IMG/VR virus record: IMGVR_UViG_3300047564_002169
Location: 34,587-98,586 of that record
Length of the DNA: 64,000 nucleotides
From: a virus
Strand: one strand, 5' to 3'
A model generated the notes under the pieces. That model ran no database searches. It worked only from the letters and a program-made list of their open reading frames with translations, and had not been told where the DNA came from. Shown piece by piece: positions 19,351 through 28,595 of the stretch. Position numbers and translations under genes: made by a program. Every line of letters begins with the position of its first letter. Position 1 is the stretch's first letter.

Positions 19351-21468
19351 ATGGAAATAAAAGCAACTGACTTATCTGCTCGACTTCTGGCGAATGAAAA
19401 TCTTTCAATCGTGCGCGCTCGTGCACGCACTGCATCCTTTGACATTAAGAGTCGTGTTCTGACTCTGCCGATTTGGAAAGAGATGACGCCTGAAGTTGAA
19501 GATATGCTTGTCGGGCATGAAGTTGGTCATGCTCTTTACACGACTGAAGATTACATCAAACCTATCGAAGAAAATCATAAACTTATGAGTTATATGAACG
19601 TCATTGAAGACGTTCGAATCGAAAAATTAATCAAACGTAAATACCCTGGTCTGCGCAAGCGTATGAACGAGGGTTATAAACAATTAAATGACCGCGACTT
19701 TTTTGGTGTAAAAACTATTCAGGACTTTGACGATCTTCTTCTCATTGACAAGATTAATCTTTATTTCAAAGTAGGATTTGACTGTGGCGTTAAATTCACG
19801 TCAGAAGAAAAGGTGTTTGTCACTCGCGCAGAGCAATGCGAAACTATTGATGACGTTATCTCGCTGGCGAAAGATGTCTATGAGTTCTCCAAACAGAAAG
19901 CAGAAGAGCGTGAGCAGCGCATGGGCGACCAGGGTTTAGAAGAAACTGATGAAGAAGATGAAGTGTATGATGTAGTTTCAACACACGATGACGAAGAATG
20001 GGATTTAGATGATATTGGAGATAATTCTACAGACGGCTCAAGTAATTCAAAACAAGGCTCTGATCCTTCTGAAGAAAATTTGGAATCTAAAACTGATCGT
20101 GCGTTCAAAATCAAACTTGATGCATTGGCTGATGAAAACACTAAGTACAATTATTGGAAATTTCATCATTCTTCTTTTGACGAAACTGTCATTGATTACA
20201 AAAGAATACTTAATGAGACCAAATCACCAGCAGAATGGGCTGATATCAGCCCATTCGATGCGCCGCGGGTTATATCAAAAGAGTTTGATCAATTCAAAGT
20301 TGAAACTGCTCGTACCGTGAATTATCTCGTTAAAGAATTCGAGATGAAAAAATCTGCTCAACTCTACAAACGTTCACAGATTTCTAAAGTTGGTTCTATT
20401 GATATGCGTAAAGTTTATGCATATAAACTTAAAGATGATTTATTTAAGCGTGTTACTGCATTGCCCCAAGGTAAAAATCATGGTATGGTCATGCTCGTTG
20501 ATTGGTCTGGTTCTATGGACAACGTTCTTATTGATACTATCAAACAGGTCATCAATTTGGCACAATTCTGTAATCGCGTTCAGATTCCATATCGCGTGTA
20601 TGCTTTTACTAGTGGATATTTTGATCGCGCGAGATCTCGCAAAGATTACAATGAACTATACACTCGACACGAAGCGGCGAGAAAAAAAGTCGGAAACTGG
20701 CTCAATGTCAGCGCGACTCAATTTCGTCTATTGGAATTGTTCTCCAGTAAAATGACCAATAGCGAGTTTAATGCTATGTCTGCTCGTCTTGTGCATCATC
20801 GTTTCACTCACAATAAAGGCTATGCCACACACGGAACTCCATTGAATGAGGCTCTCGCTTTCGTATATGAAAACCTTGGAGATTTCATCAAGACCAACAA
20901 TATTGAAAAAACTACATTCATCACTCTGACTGACGGTGCAGGTGCGCAGCTGCAAGGCGTTAATACTCGTCCACCGCTTTCTCCCACGGCTTATGAAGGT
21001 GATGGTCAGCACTTTAAGTATATTAAACAAAAACATTTTATTAAAGAGGAAACAACACAAAAAACATACGAATTGAATAATTATTCGACTAATCAAACTG
21101 ATGTTATTTTGCGTATGATTAAAGATCGTTACAAAGTTTCTGTTGTAGGATTCCACATATGCAGCAACAACAAACGCGATTTGAAAAATGTGATCGAAGC
21201 TAACATTCCAAATTACACCGGAGATATCCTCGGACTTATCGAAAATTGGAAAATGCAATTTCGCAAAAACAGTTTTGTGTCTATTAAGAACACTGCTCGT
21301 GATGAGTTGTTTATTATTCCCCAGTCCTCTACAAAAATTGAAGAAGGAGAACTTGAGGTCACAACCGACGCGACTGTAAAAACAATCGCGAAAAACTTTA
21401 GTAAATATCTAAATGTGAAAAAGACTAGCAGAGTACTTCTGAATCGATTCGTGGCACTTGTGGCATAA
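19351..21468 (+). CDS. Metallopeptidase-like/VWA (CobT-like) protein
   Basis: HEVGH zincin motif, acidic linker, MIDAS DWSGS, GTPLNEA, LTDG. Confidence 0.85.
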   Translation: MEIKATDLSARLLANENLSIVRARARTASFDIKSRVLTLPIWKEMTPEVEDMLVGHEVGHALYTTEDYIKPIEENHKLMSYMNVIEDVRIEKLIKRKYPGLRKRMNEGYKQLNDRDFFGVKTIQDFDDLLLIDKINLYFKVGFDCGVKFTSEEKVFVTRAEQCETIDDVISLAKDVYEFSKQKAEEREQRMGDQGLEETDEEDEVYDVVSTHDDEEWDLDDIGDNSTDGSSNSKQGSDPSEENLESKTDRAFKIKLDALADENTKYNYWKFHHSSFDETVIDYKRILNETKSPAEWADISPFDAPRVISKEFDQFKVETARTVNYLVKEFEMKKSAQLYKRSQISKVGSIDMRKVYAYKLKDDLFKRVTALPQGKNHGMVMLVDWSGSMDNVLIDTIKQVINLAQFCNRVQIPYRVYAFTSGYFDRARSRKDYNELYTRHEAARKKVGNWLNVSATQFRLLELFSSKMTNSEFNAMSARLVHHRFTHNKGYATHGTPLNEALAFVYENLGDFIKTNNIEKTTFITLTDGAGAQLQGVNTRPPLSPTAYEGDGQHFKYIKQKHFIKEETTQKTYELNNYSTNQTDVILRMIKDRYKVSVVGFHICSNNKRDLKNVIEANIPNYTGDILGLIENWKMQFRKNSFVSIKNTARDELFIIPQSSTKIEEGELEVTTDATVKTIAKNFSKYLNVKKTSRVLLNRFVALVA

Positions 21469-21502
21469 CCACCACATCTTTCTAAATTGCTGCAAAAAAT
21501 GC

Positions 21503-21531
21503 TTGCCTTTTATTGCATTTTAATGTATAAT
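21503..21531 (+). promoter_or_regulatory. Early promoter
   Basis: TTGCCT-17-TATAAT. Confidence 0.8.
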
Positions 21532-21561
21532 ATTATTATTGAAACTTGATTATGGAGATTT

Positions 21562-22728
21562 GTGATGGCAAAAATTGATACACAGTTCCGCGAGAAATTT
21601 GAACAAAAATTGTTCGAGATGTATCCTGACGTTCAGACTAAATGCGTCGTGAGTCGCCCTCAACTTGTAGAAGTTATGGAGCGTTTAAATACTGATAAAT
21701 TTCCTTTGTGGCTTATGAAAGAAAAAGTTGGTCGCGGATTATATGCAGTCAGCAATGCGGTGTCTGTTGATACCCGCGCTACAGTGAAAGATAAACCTGT
21801 GAAACAAGAATCGTTCGTGGTGGATTACACCGACACTAAATCACTCATTCCCGTTAAAGACGCGAGTTTTGTACCTTTTGGTAATTATAATGACTTGGAA
21901 AATATCATTAAATCTGGTATTTTCTATCCAGCGTATATCTCTGGTCCAACTGGTAATGGTAAATCGACGATGGTCGAGCAAATTTGCGCGAAACATAAAC
22001 GTCCTTTGATTCGAGTAAATTTGAACATGATGACGGATGAAGAACAACTCATCGGTTCTAAAACTCTTATTGACGGTAATGTGCAAATTGTTGAAGGTCC
22101 AGTGCTCATCGCCATGCGAACTGGAACGACGATGCTACTTGACGAAATTGATGCGGGAGCAGCAAACACCCTTCTCTGTTTGCAGCCGATTCTTGAGGGT
22201 AAGCCATACTACTTCAAACTCAAAAACGAGATGATTGTTCCTGCGCCTGGGTTCAATGTGATTGCTACAGCAAACACTAAAGGTAAGGGATCAGACGATG
22301 GTCGTTACATCGGCACTAATGTGTTGAACGAAGCATTCCTGGAGCGTTTTGCTGTCACGTTTGAACAGGATTATCCTGCTGCAAAGGTAGAGATTAAGAT
22401 TATCAAGAATTTGATGCAAACTTATCAGTGCGTTGATGATGAGTTTGCAGAAACTCTCGTCAAATGGGCTGAAGCAATTCGTCGCACTTTTGCTGATGGT
22501 GGCGTAGACGAAACAATCACAACTCGTCGTATGATTCACATCGTTAGAGCATTTGCCATCTTTAAGAACCGCTCAAAGGCTGTAGAGCTTTGCTGCAATC
22601 GATTCGATGCCGCGACTAAGTCTGCTTTCATTGATTTATATGATAAGGTGGCGACCCCACAACCAGAAGTTGTGTCCGATGATATACTAACGGTAAATCC
22701 TGCCGGGAACCAAGAAATTCCGTTTTAA
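21562..22728 (+). CDS. MoxR/CobS-like AAA+ ATPase
   Basis: GPTGNGKS, LLDEID, TANTKGKGS.DGR, NEAFLERF. Confidence 0.9.
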   Translation: MMAKIDTQFREKFEQKLFEMYPDVQTKCVVSRPQLVEVMERLNTDKFPLWLMKEKVGRGLYAVSNAVSVDTRATVKDKPVKQESFVVDYTDTKSLIPVKDASFVPFGNYNDLENIIKSGIFYPAYISGPTGNGKSTMVEQICAKHKRPLIRVNLNMMTDEEQLIGSKTLIDGNVQIVEGPVLIAMRTGTTMLLDEIDAGAANTLLCLQPILEGKPYYFKLKNEMIVPAPGFNVIATANTKGKGSDDGRYIGTNVLNEAFLERFAVTFEQDYPAAKVEIKIIKNLMQTYQCVDDEFAETLVKWAEAIRRTFADGGVDETITTRRMIHIVRAFAIFKNRSKAVELCCNRFDAATKSAFIDLYDKVATPQPEVVSDDILTVNPAGNQEIPF

Positions 22729-22787
22729 CCGGAGAAACTAGGTGGAGAAACTGCTCCATACGCCTCGTAAAAAGTTGCAAAAAAGTG

Positions 22788-22816
22788 TTGTCTTTAATTT
22801 GTAATTAAGGTATAAT
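22788..22816 (+). promoter_or_regulatory. Early promoter
   Basis: TTGTCT-17-TATAAT. Confidence 0.75.
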
Positions 22817-22860
22817 ATACCTGTGGTACTTGTGAAACTTCTTGAAAAAGGAAATATACT

Positions 22861-23346
22861 ATGTTGAAATTTACAAATCTGTCCTTGGCACAAAAACGTT
22901 TCGTGGTTGCCGTGATTGAATCTAACCCGCACTACAAAAAAGATCCTCAGATCACTCTGAAAGAATGTGCTGCCATTTATAACGCTCTCCGCGATCAACG
23001 AACTGGTTCGAAACACGAGAAAATCGGTTACCCTAACTGGCTGTTCAATAAAAATAAAGTTGAACGGGGTGTGTATCAACTACCTATTCCAACACCTCAA
23101 CAACTTTCTGAATATCAACAAGAACTTAGCGGCAAGATGTCGCCCGTCGCTAAGGCTAAAGCTAAGGTTGCGAAAGTTCAGAAAGCTAAACCTGTTATGG
23201 TTAAGAACACTACCGTAGATAGTGCAGAGAAAGAAGAACAGTTGGAAGCATCTCGTTTACAACAGATTGTAGATGAGTCGGTTGAATACGACGCCGATAT
23301 TGAAGACTTCAATCAGATTCTTAAAGATAATGGTATTGAAATTTAA
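22861..23346 (+). CDS. Hypothetical early protein (possibly DNA-binding)
   Basis: 161 aa ORF with SD; YPNWL...KVERGVY motif resembles the N-terminal domain of the adjacent AAA protein (FPLWL..EKVGRGLY). Confidence 0.7.
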   Translation: MLKFTNLSLAQKRFVVAVIESNPHYKKDPQITLKECAAIYNALRDQRTGSKHEKIGYPNWLFNKNKVERGVYQLPIPTPQQLSEYQQELSGKMSPVAKAKAKVAKVQKAKPVMVKNTTVDSAEKEEQLEASRLQQIVDESVEYDADIEDFNQILKDNGIEI

Positions 23347-23363
23347 TGCACAACTATCATCCG

Positions 23364-23413
23364 TCGCTGGAAGGTACGCCATCGCCTTCCAGCGATTCTT
23401 TTCATTCGATGGC
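23364..23413 (+). promoter_or_regulatory. Candidate H-type pseudoknot / terminator leader
   Basis: Stem 23364-23374 pairs with 23385-23395; loop GCCATCG (23378-84) is complementary to CGATGGC (23407-13). Confidence 0.6.
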
Positions 23414-23436
23414 ATTACATAATGGAGATATCATTT

Positions 23437-23697
23437 ATGTCGAAACAAGCAAAACTACTCAATTACCTAAACACTGGTGCTGAAGTGACTGCTCGTCAGA
23501 TCTCTGGATCTTTTGGTTTGAAAAACCCTCATGGCGCAATCTATGAACTGCGCAATCAAGGTCACTGCATTTACAGCAACAAGGCTAAACTAGCTAACGG
23601 TACTGAAACTACTAAGTACCGTATTGGTCGCCCAACCAAGCGTATGGTCGCCATCGCCAATGCTGTTGCTGGCTCTCAGCTATTCACTCGTAGCTAA
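23437..23697 (+). CDS. Small winged-HTH-like protein
   Basis: LLNYL..G..VTA.QI...FG......IYELR.QG..I pattern; GGAG SD before ATG 23437. Confidence 0.75.
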   Translation: MSKQAKLLNYLNTGAEVTARQISGSFGLKNPHGAIYELRNQGHCIYSNKAKLANGTETTKYRIGRPTKRMVAIANAVAGSQLFTRS

Positions 23698-23750
23698 TCA
23701 GCCAATGGGTACTCTTTGAGTATCCATTAACGGTTTCGTTAGGAGATAAC

Positions 23751-24131
23751 ATGAATACTACCGATAGAAAAAAACAAATTGATGAAATTATAGCCAGTCA
23801 GAAAGTTGACTGGTCAGCCGGTCACAATGCTACGACTGGCGGTAGAAAGTTTGATGGTGGCAAACTACAGTATGGTCTACTTCCACCACTTGCCTTGGCA
23901 GAAACCGTAAAGGTGCTGACTTTCGGCGCAGAGAAATATGAACCCGATAACTGGAAGTTCGTACCAGATTCCAAACGCAGATACTTTGATGCGCTGCAAC
24001 GACATTTGTGGGCATGGAAACAGGGTGAAGTATTGGACTCAGAATCCGGAGTTCATCACCTAGCTCACGCAATGTGTTGTTTAATGTTCCTCTATGAACA
24101 TGATGTGAAATACTCTAAAGATGAAAAATGA
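23751..24131 (+). CDS. dATP/dGTP diphosphohydrolase-like (DUF5664-like) protein
   Basis: KFDGGK..YGLLP, FGAEKY..DNW, A..RH..AW..GE..D.ESG..HLAHA.C motifs. Confidence 0.8.
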   Translation: MNTTDRKKQIDEIIASQKVDWSAGHNATTGGRKFDGGKLQYGLLPPLALAETVKVLTFGAEKYEPDNWKFVPDSKRRYFDALQRHLWAWKQGEVLDSESGVHHLAHAMCCLMFLYEHDVKYSKDEK

Positions 24132-24142
24132 TTAAAATGTTT

Positions 24143-24171
24143 TTGACGTTTAGCCGTTTTTAGCGTATAAT
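24143..24171 (+). promoter_or_regulatory. sigma70-type promoter for the gp45 operon
   Basis: TTGACG-17-TATAAT. Confidence 0.8.
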
Positions 24172-24213
24172 GTATTATACATAGTGATGTAGTTTAAATT
24201 GACAGGAGAAATA

Positions 24214-24873
24214 ATGAAACTTAGTAAAGAAACCTTGGCATTGTTTAAGAATTTTGCGAGTATTAACCAGAATCTTCTTTTGAAAAATGGTAATAAACTT
24301 GCCACTATTTCTTCACAAAAGAACGTGATGGCAGACGCGACCGTCGCCGAAACATTCCCAGATTTTGCAATCTATGACTTGAATGAATTTCTTGGCGCCA
24401 TGTCGTTGTTTGATGACCCCGATCTGGGTTTTCAAGAAAAGTTTGTGTCTATCAGTCAGGGTAGTATGAAGATTAAATTCTTTGCAGCTGACGCTTCTGT
24501 TCTCGTCGCTCCACAGAAAGCGATCACATTCCCTGAAGCAGAAATCAACTTTAGTTTGTCTGCTGCGAATCTGAATATGATTAATAAGACTGCTTCTGTT
24601 CTTCGAGCAGCAGATGTGTCAATCGTTGGTGATGGGTCTACCGTCACTGCAGTTGTAGGCGACAAGAAGAATGCTAGTGGAAACTCTTTCAGTGAACCAG
24701 TTGGCACCACTGACAAGACATTTAAAGTTAATCTGAAAGTAGAAAATTTGAAGATGTTGCCTGGAGATTACGCGGTATCAATCTCAAGCAAGAAAATCTC
24801 TCGTTTCAAGTCCCCAAACAGCGATCTAGTTTATTATGTAGCGGTTGAAGCTGATTCCTCATTCGAGTTCTAA
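24214..24873 (+). CDS. gp45: Sliding clamp
   Basis: MKLSKET..L.KNFA.IN, IYDLNEFL, Y.VA.E.DS C-terminus. Confidence 0.96.
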   Translation: MKLSKETLALFKNFASINQNLLLKNGNKLATISSQKNVMADATVAETFPDFAIYDLNEFLGAMSLFDDPDLGFQEKFVSISQGSMKIKFFAADASVLVAPQKAITFPEAEINFSLSAANLNMINKTASVLRAADVSIVGDGSTVTAVVGDKKNASGNSFSEPVGTTDKTFKVNLKVENLKMLPGDYAVSISSKKISRFKSPNSDLVYYVAVEADSSFEF

Positions 24874-24874
24874 T

Positions 24875-25066
24875 ATGGAAGACCCATTTAAAAAAATGGT
24901 TGAGGATTTGTGTTCCGTTCAACCAATGGATTCTAATATTATGAAGAATCTATATCAAGCAGGTGAAACTAAAGAGGAATTGGAGAAACAGGGATATAAA
25001 CCTGTTTCTCGTATTGGTTTGTTGTGGATTAAAGACGAATCCCTTCCTGATCCACCTGCGCCTTAA
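24875..25066 (+). CDS. Small hypothetical protein
   Basis: 63 aa ORF filling the gp45-gp44 gap. Confidence 0.5.
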   Translation: MEDPFKKMVEDLCSVQPMDSNIMKNLYQAGETKEELEKQGYKPVSRIGLLWIKDESLPDPPAP

Positions 25067-25086
25067 CTTGTGAATGGAGTTTTATT

Positions 25087-26040
25087 ATGATTGAATCTCG
25101 TGATGACCAGTTTTTGTGGGTTGAAAAATATCGACCACAAAACATTGATGCGTGTGTTCTTCCGGAAGGGTTGAAAAAAACCTTCAAAGAATATATTGCT
25201 CAAGGAGAACTTCCCACATTTATGTTCACTGGCACTGCAGGCGTAGGTAAAACTACTGTAGCCAAAGCACTGTGTAATGAAATTGGTGCTGAATATATTA
25301 TGATTAACGGTTCGGACGAAGGTCGTTCGATAGACATCCTACGCACTACCATTCGCGGGTTTGCATCAACAGTTTCGCTCACTGATTCTAAAAAGGTCGT
25401 CATCATTGACGAGGCTGATTATATGAACCCGCAATCAGTTCAACCTGCGTTGCGATCATTTATTGAAGAATTTTCTGCAAACTGTCGATTCCTCTTCACG
25501 TGTAATTTTAAAAACCGCATCATTGAGCCGCTTCATTCTCGGTGTGCTGTTATTGAATTTAAGATTGACAATTCTGAGAAACAAGCCATCGCTGCAACTT
25601 TCTTCAAGAGAGCGACGCAGATTCTCAAACAAGAAGATGTACAATTTGATCCTAAAGTTGTAGCTGAACTTGTCACTAAACACTTTCCTGATTATCGGCG
25701 TATTCTTAATGAACTACAACGATACTCCGTGAATGGTAAGATTGATTCTGGCATTCTGGTGAATATGTCCGAAGAATCTTTCAAGAGTCTCGTCAAACTG
25801 ATGAAAGAGAAAGATTTCACGGAAGTGCGTAAATGGGTAGCTAAACAATCTGATGCGGACACTACTACTCTTTTTCGCGAACTTTACGATTCTTCTGCAC
25901 AACACATTGAAGCGAACAGCATTCCTCAGCTAGTTCTTATTCTAGCTGATTATCAGTATAAGGCAGCATTTGTGGCTGATCACGAACTAAATATTATGGC
26001 AGCACTTACTGAAATTATGGGTAATTGCAAATTTAAGTGA
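25087..26040 (+). CDS. gp44: Clamp loader large subunit
   Basis: LWVEKYRP, GTAGVGKTT, IIDEAD, SRC motif. Confidence 0.96.
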   Translation: MIESRDDQFLWVEKYRPQNIDACVLPEGLKKTFKEYIAQGELPTFMFTGTAGVGKTTVAKALCNEIGAEYIMINGSDEGRSIDILRTTIRGFASTVSLTDSKKVVIIDEADYMNPQSVQPALRSFIEEFSANCRFLFTCNFKNRIIEPLHSRCAVIEFKIDNSEKQAIAATFFKRATQILKQEDVQFDPKVVAELVTKHFPDYRRILNELQRYSVNGKIDSGILVNMSEESFKSLVKLMKEKDFTEVRKWVAKQSDADTTTLFRELYDSSAQHIEANSIPQLVLILADYQYKAAFVADHELNIMAALTEIMGNCKFK

Positions 26041-26047
26041 GGGTACA

Positions 26048-26377
26048 ATGGAATTCTTTTTAGTTTTTTGTGTGTGTCTTTTCTTTTGGTTACACGGTGT
26101 ATTTACTGGGTGGAACCTACACAAACAATATACCAAGAACGGATCGCAACAGCCCGTCCTTCCGGATGATGATGAAAAGAACGAACAAGAAGATCTTGTA
26201 CGAATCACCATCGAAGAACACCATGGTGTATTTTATGTCTACAATAAAAAAGACAATACATTCATGGCACAAGGTAAAAATAGGCAAGAAATAGAAGAAG
26301 TATTGAGTTCTCGTTTTCCGGGAAAACGCTTTGCAGCGACTTTAGAAGAGCTGCAAAAACTAGGTGTGCATGCGTGA
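26048..26377 (+). CDS. Hypothetical membrane-anchored protein
   Basis: N-terminal hydrophobic helix, FMAQG motif. Confidence 0.6.
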   Translation: MEFFLVFCVCLFFWLHGVFTGWNLHKQYTKNGSQQPVLPDDDEKNEQEDLVRITIEEHHGVFYVYNKKDNTFMAQGKNRQEIEEVLSSRFPGKRFAATLEELQKLGVHA

Positions 26378-26418
26378 CTACCGCGATATAGCGATTAACC
26401 TTTTTATTATGGAAATTT

Positions 26419-26805
26419 ATGTCTTTATCACCATTTGACTTTATTAATGCTATTAGTCTAACTAAGAAAGATCTGATGGCAGACGACGAACTGGCGCATA
26501 AAGACTATGTACCATTTATCGTAAATCGTGGTTTGTCATATTTTCCAGACACGATATTATATGCCAATGAAATGAATCTTAAGGCAGGTATACCTAATGA
26601 TTGGCAGTTCTCTTTTTACCTAAATAGTATACCAAAGAAAAAAAGATTCAGTAAATGGCATAAAAAAGACACTGAGACTGAATCTTTTCGAATGGTCAAA
26701 GAGTACTACGGTTATTCTGATGAGAAATGTAAAGAAGCCTTAACTGTTCTCACAGATCACCATTTGACTATGATAAAAGAAAAATTGTTTAAAGGTGGAA
26801 AATAA
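26419..26805 (+). CDS. gp62: Clamp loader small subunit
   Basis: Y.PFIVNRGLSYF.DT...ANEMN, KKRFSKW. Confidence 0.93.
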   Translation: MSLSPFDFINAISLTKKDLMADDELAHKDYVPFIVNRGLSYFPDTILYANEMNLKAGIPNDWQFSFYLNSIPKKKRFSKWHKKDTETESFRMVKEYYGYSDEKCKEALTVLTDHHLTMIKEKLFKGGK

Positions 26806-27230
26806 TGACTATAGAAATGGTTTACTACGACTGGACACCAGAGTCGATGCTTGAAGTGAGTCTGCCAGAACCAGACAACTTTCTAAAAATCCGAGAGACT
26901 CTAACTCGGATTGGCATTGCCTCCAGAAAAGAAAATAAGCTATATCAATCTTGCCATATTTTACATAAACAAGGTAGATATTTCATCGTACACTTCAAAG
27001 AATTGTTCGCTCTTGATGGTAAAGAATCTAACATCACGAGTGGCGATATTGAAAGAAGAAACGCTATTGCCAGTCTGTTGGCTGACTGGGATCTTTTAAA
27101 AATACTAAATACTGCACAAGCAGAACAAAAGGCATCTTTATCTCAAATCAAGGTAGTTTCTTATAAAGAAAAAGACCAGTGGGAATTGGTGCCCAAGTAT
27201 AATATTGGGGCTAAAGTTAGGCGCTCCTAA
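26805..27230 (+). CDS. regA: Translational repressor RegA
   Basis: FLKIRETLTRIGIAS, LYQSCHILHKQGRYFIVHFKELF. Confidence 0.97.
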   Translation: MTIEMVYYDWTPESMLEVSLPEPDNFLKIRETLTRIGIASRKENKLYQSCHILHKQGRYFIVHFKELFALDGKESNITSGDIERRNAIASLLADWDLLKILNTAQAEQKASLSQIKVVSYKEKDQWELVPKYNIGAKVRRS

Positions 27231-27286
27231 ATTTGAGGTATTTTAAAATACCTATATCATCACTTATAACATTGAAAGGAAATACA

Positions 27287-27511
27287 ATGACACAATTGAC
27301 ATTTGAATTGAGCGTAGAAGAGGCAAACACTATTCTTCGTGTTTTGGGCAAACATCCGTTCGACGAAGTCGTTACGTTGATCCAAAAAATTAAATCTCAA
27401 GGTGAACCACAAGTAGCTTCTCTTGCTGCAGCACCTGCTGCAGAAGAACCTGCTGCGGAAAATACTGTCGCACAAGAGCCTCCAACCAAGAGCCAGAAAG
27501 CTCAAAAATAA
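27287..27511 (+). CDS. Small hypothetical protein
   Basis: AAGGA SD; LSVEEAN.IL..LGKHPF.EV..LI.KI..QG.PQ with an Ala/Glu-rich tail. Confidence 0.65.
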   Translation: MTQLTFELSVEEANTILRVLGKHPFDEVVTLIQKIKSQGEPQVASLAAAPAAEEPAAENTVAQEPPTKSQKAQK

Positions 27512-27517
27512 TTTATC

Positions 27518-27790
27518 CTTCCGCACAAATTTGTGCGGGTGAAAACAAGGTCTATTCGACCTTGTTTTTATCGGTTGTTATCGTCCCGCATCTGGTCAGT
27601 AGAGTCAGTTCTTGCCGTGATGACAACCGATAAAAACAAATCTTAAGTCCCACTACCTTGGGAGCGTTGAAGCCACGGCATAAGGCGTCCGAGAAATTTC
27701 ACTGTCCCTCGTTAGTGGACCCCGTATAAAGTAAGCGGGATTTATAAATACAACAGTAGATGCCTTATGGGTCTACATTTTTAACTCGCT
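27518..27790 (+). ncRNA. Candidate structured RNA(s) upstream of hsp20
   Basis: ~270 nt non-coding, GC-richer region with at least 6 stems, including an 18-bp palindrome and a 22-bp long-range stem. Confidence 0.5.
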
Positions 27791-27804
27791 GAAAAGGAGA
27801 ATAT

Positions 27805-28335
27805 ATGCCAAACTTGCAATTTCCACACACATTCGCGTCACTGGGTAAAGACTTCGACAAATTTTTTGTTGGATTCGACGACCAATTCAATCGTCTAGCA
27901 AAAATGCACGACGACTTGACAAAAAATATTCCTAACTATCCTCCATATAACATCAAGAAAGTTGATGACAACAAGTACGTCATCGAGTTGGCTGTTGCTG
28001 GCTTTAGTCAGTCAGAAATCGAGATAGAGTTTGTAGATGACAAACTAATCGTAAAAGGCAACGCTAAAGAAGACGAAACGCAAGACTATCTGTTTAAAGG
28101 TATTGCAACTCGTAACTTCACTCGCGCATTCGCGCTCAATGACCAAATCGAAATCAAAGGTGCTGGTCTTTTGAATGGTATGCTTCAGATTGTTCTTGAG
28201 CGTATTATTCCTGAGCACAAAAAACCGCGAAAGATTGAGGTTTCCGATGGAGTGTCTGACTTTGGCGATATAAACCAAAAATCAGATCCTGAATTGTTAT
28301 TGGAAAAGAAATTAGGAAAGAAAAAAATATTCTAA
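27805..28335 (+). CDS. hsp20: Small heat-shock protein (Hsp20/IbpA-like)
   Basis: NYPPYNI, IELAVAGF, KGIA.R.F.R.F.L, NGML.I.L...IPE. Confidence 0.95.
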   Translation: MPNLQFPHTFASLGKDFDKFFVGFDDQFNRLAKMHDDLTKNIPNYPPYNIKKVDDNKYVIELAVAGFSQSEIEIEFVDDKLIVKGNAKEDETQDYLFKGIATRNFTRAFALNDQIEIKGAGLLNGMLQIVLERIIPEHKKPRKIEVSDGVSDFGDINQKSDPELLLEKKLGKKKIF

Positions 28336-28351
28336 TTTTCATAAATTGTTT

Positions 28352-28374
28352 GGGGGAGAGCTTCGTTTCTCCCC
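28352..28374 (+). terminator. Hairpin after hsp20
   Basis: GGGGAGAG-CTTCGT-TTCTCCCC stem overlapping a late promoter; poly-T tail is weak. Confidence 0.5.
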
Positions 28375-28385
28375 TAAATACATTT

Positions 28386-28595
28386 ATGATGAGAGCAAAA
28401 ATCACAAAAGACATGATTTCATTTATCCCTGTTCGCCGGGGAGATTGGATATTCAAAATATCAGTTTGGAGAACTAAACATGTAGTAGTGATTGCGCAGA
28501 ATGTTATTGATTTGCATATGATACATGTTGAGTGTTTTCAAAACGAAGAAGATGCAGCAGATTTTATTGAACGATTAACACGTGAGGAATTATGA
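28386..28595 (+). CDS. Small hypothetical protein
   Basis: ORF after late promoter CCTAAATA; F..E.DAA.FI motif. Confidence 0.55.
   Translation: MMRAKITKDMISFIPVRRGDWIFKISVWRTKHVVVIAQNVIDLHMIHVECFQNEEDAADFIERLTREEL

Noticed and set aside
19351-22728. Cobalamin biosynthesis (cobS/cobT) auxiliary genes
   Set aside because: No cobN or other cob genes; the motifs fit a generic MoxR/VWA pair common in T4-like phages
27518-27790. tRNA, tmRNA or hammerhead ribozyme
   Set aside because: No cloverleaf with TTCRA T-loop and CCA, no tag reading frame, and no CTGATGA...GAAA core recognised
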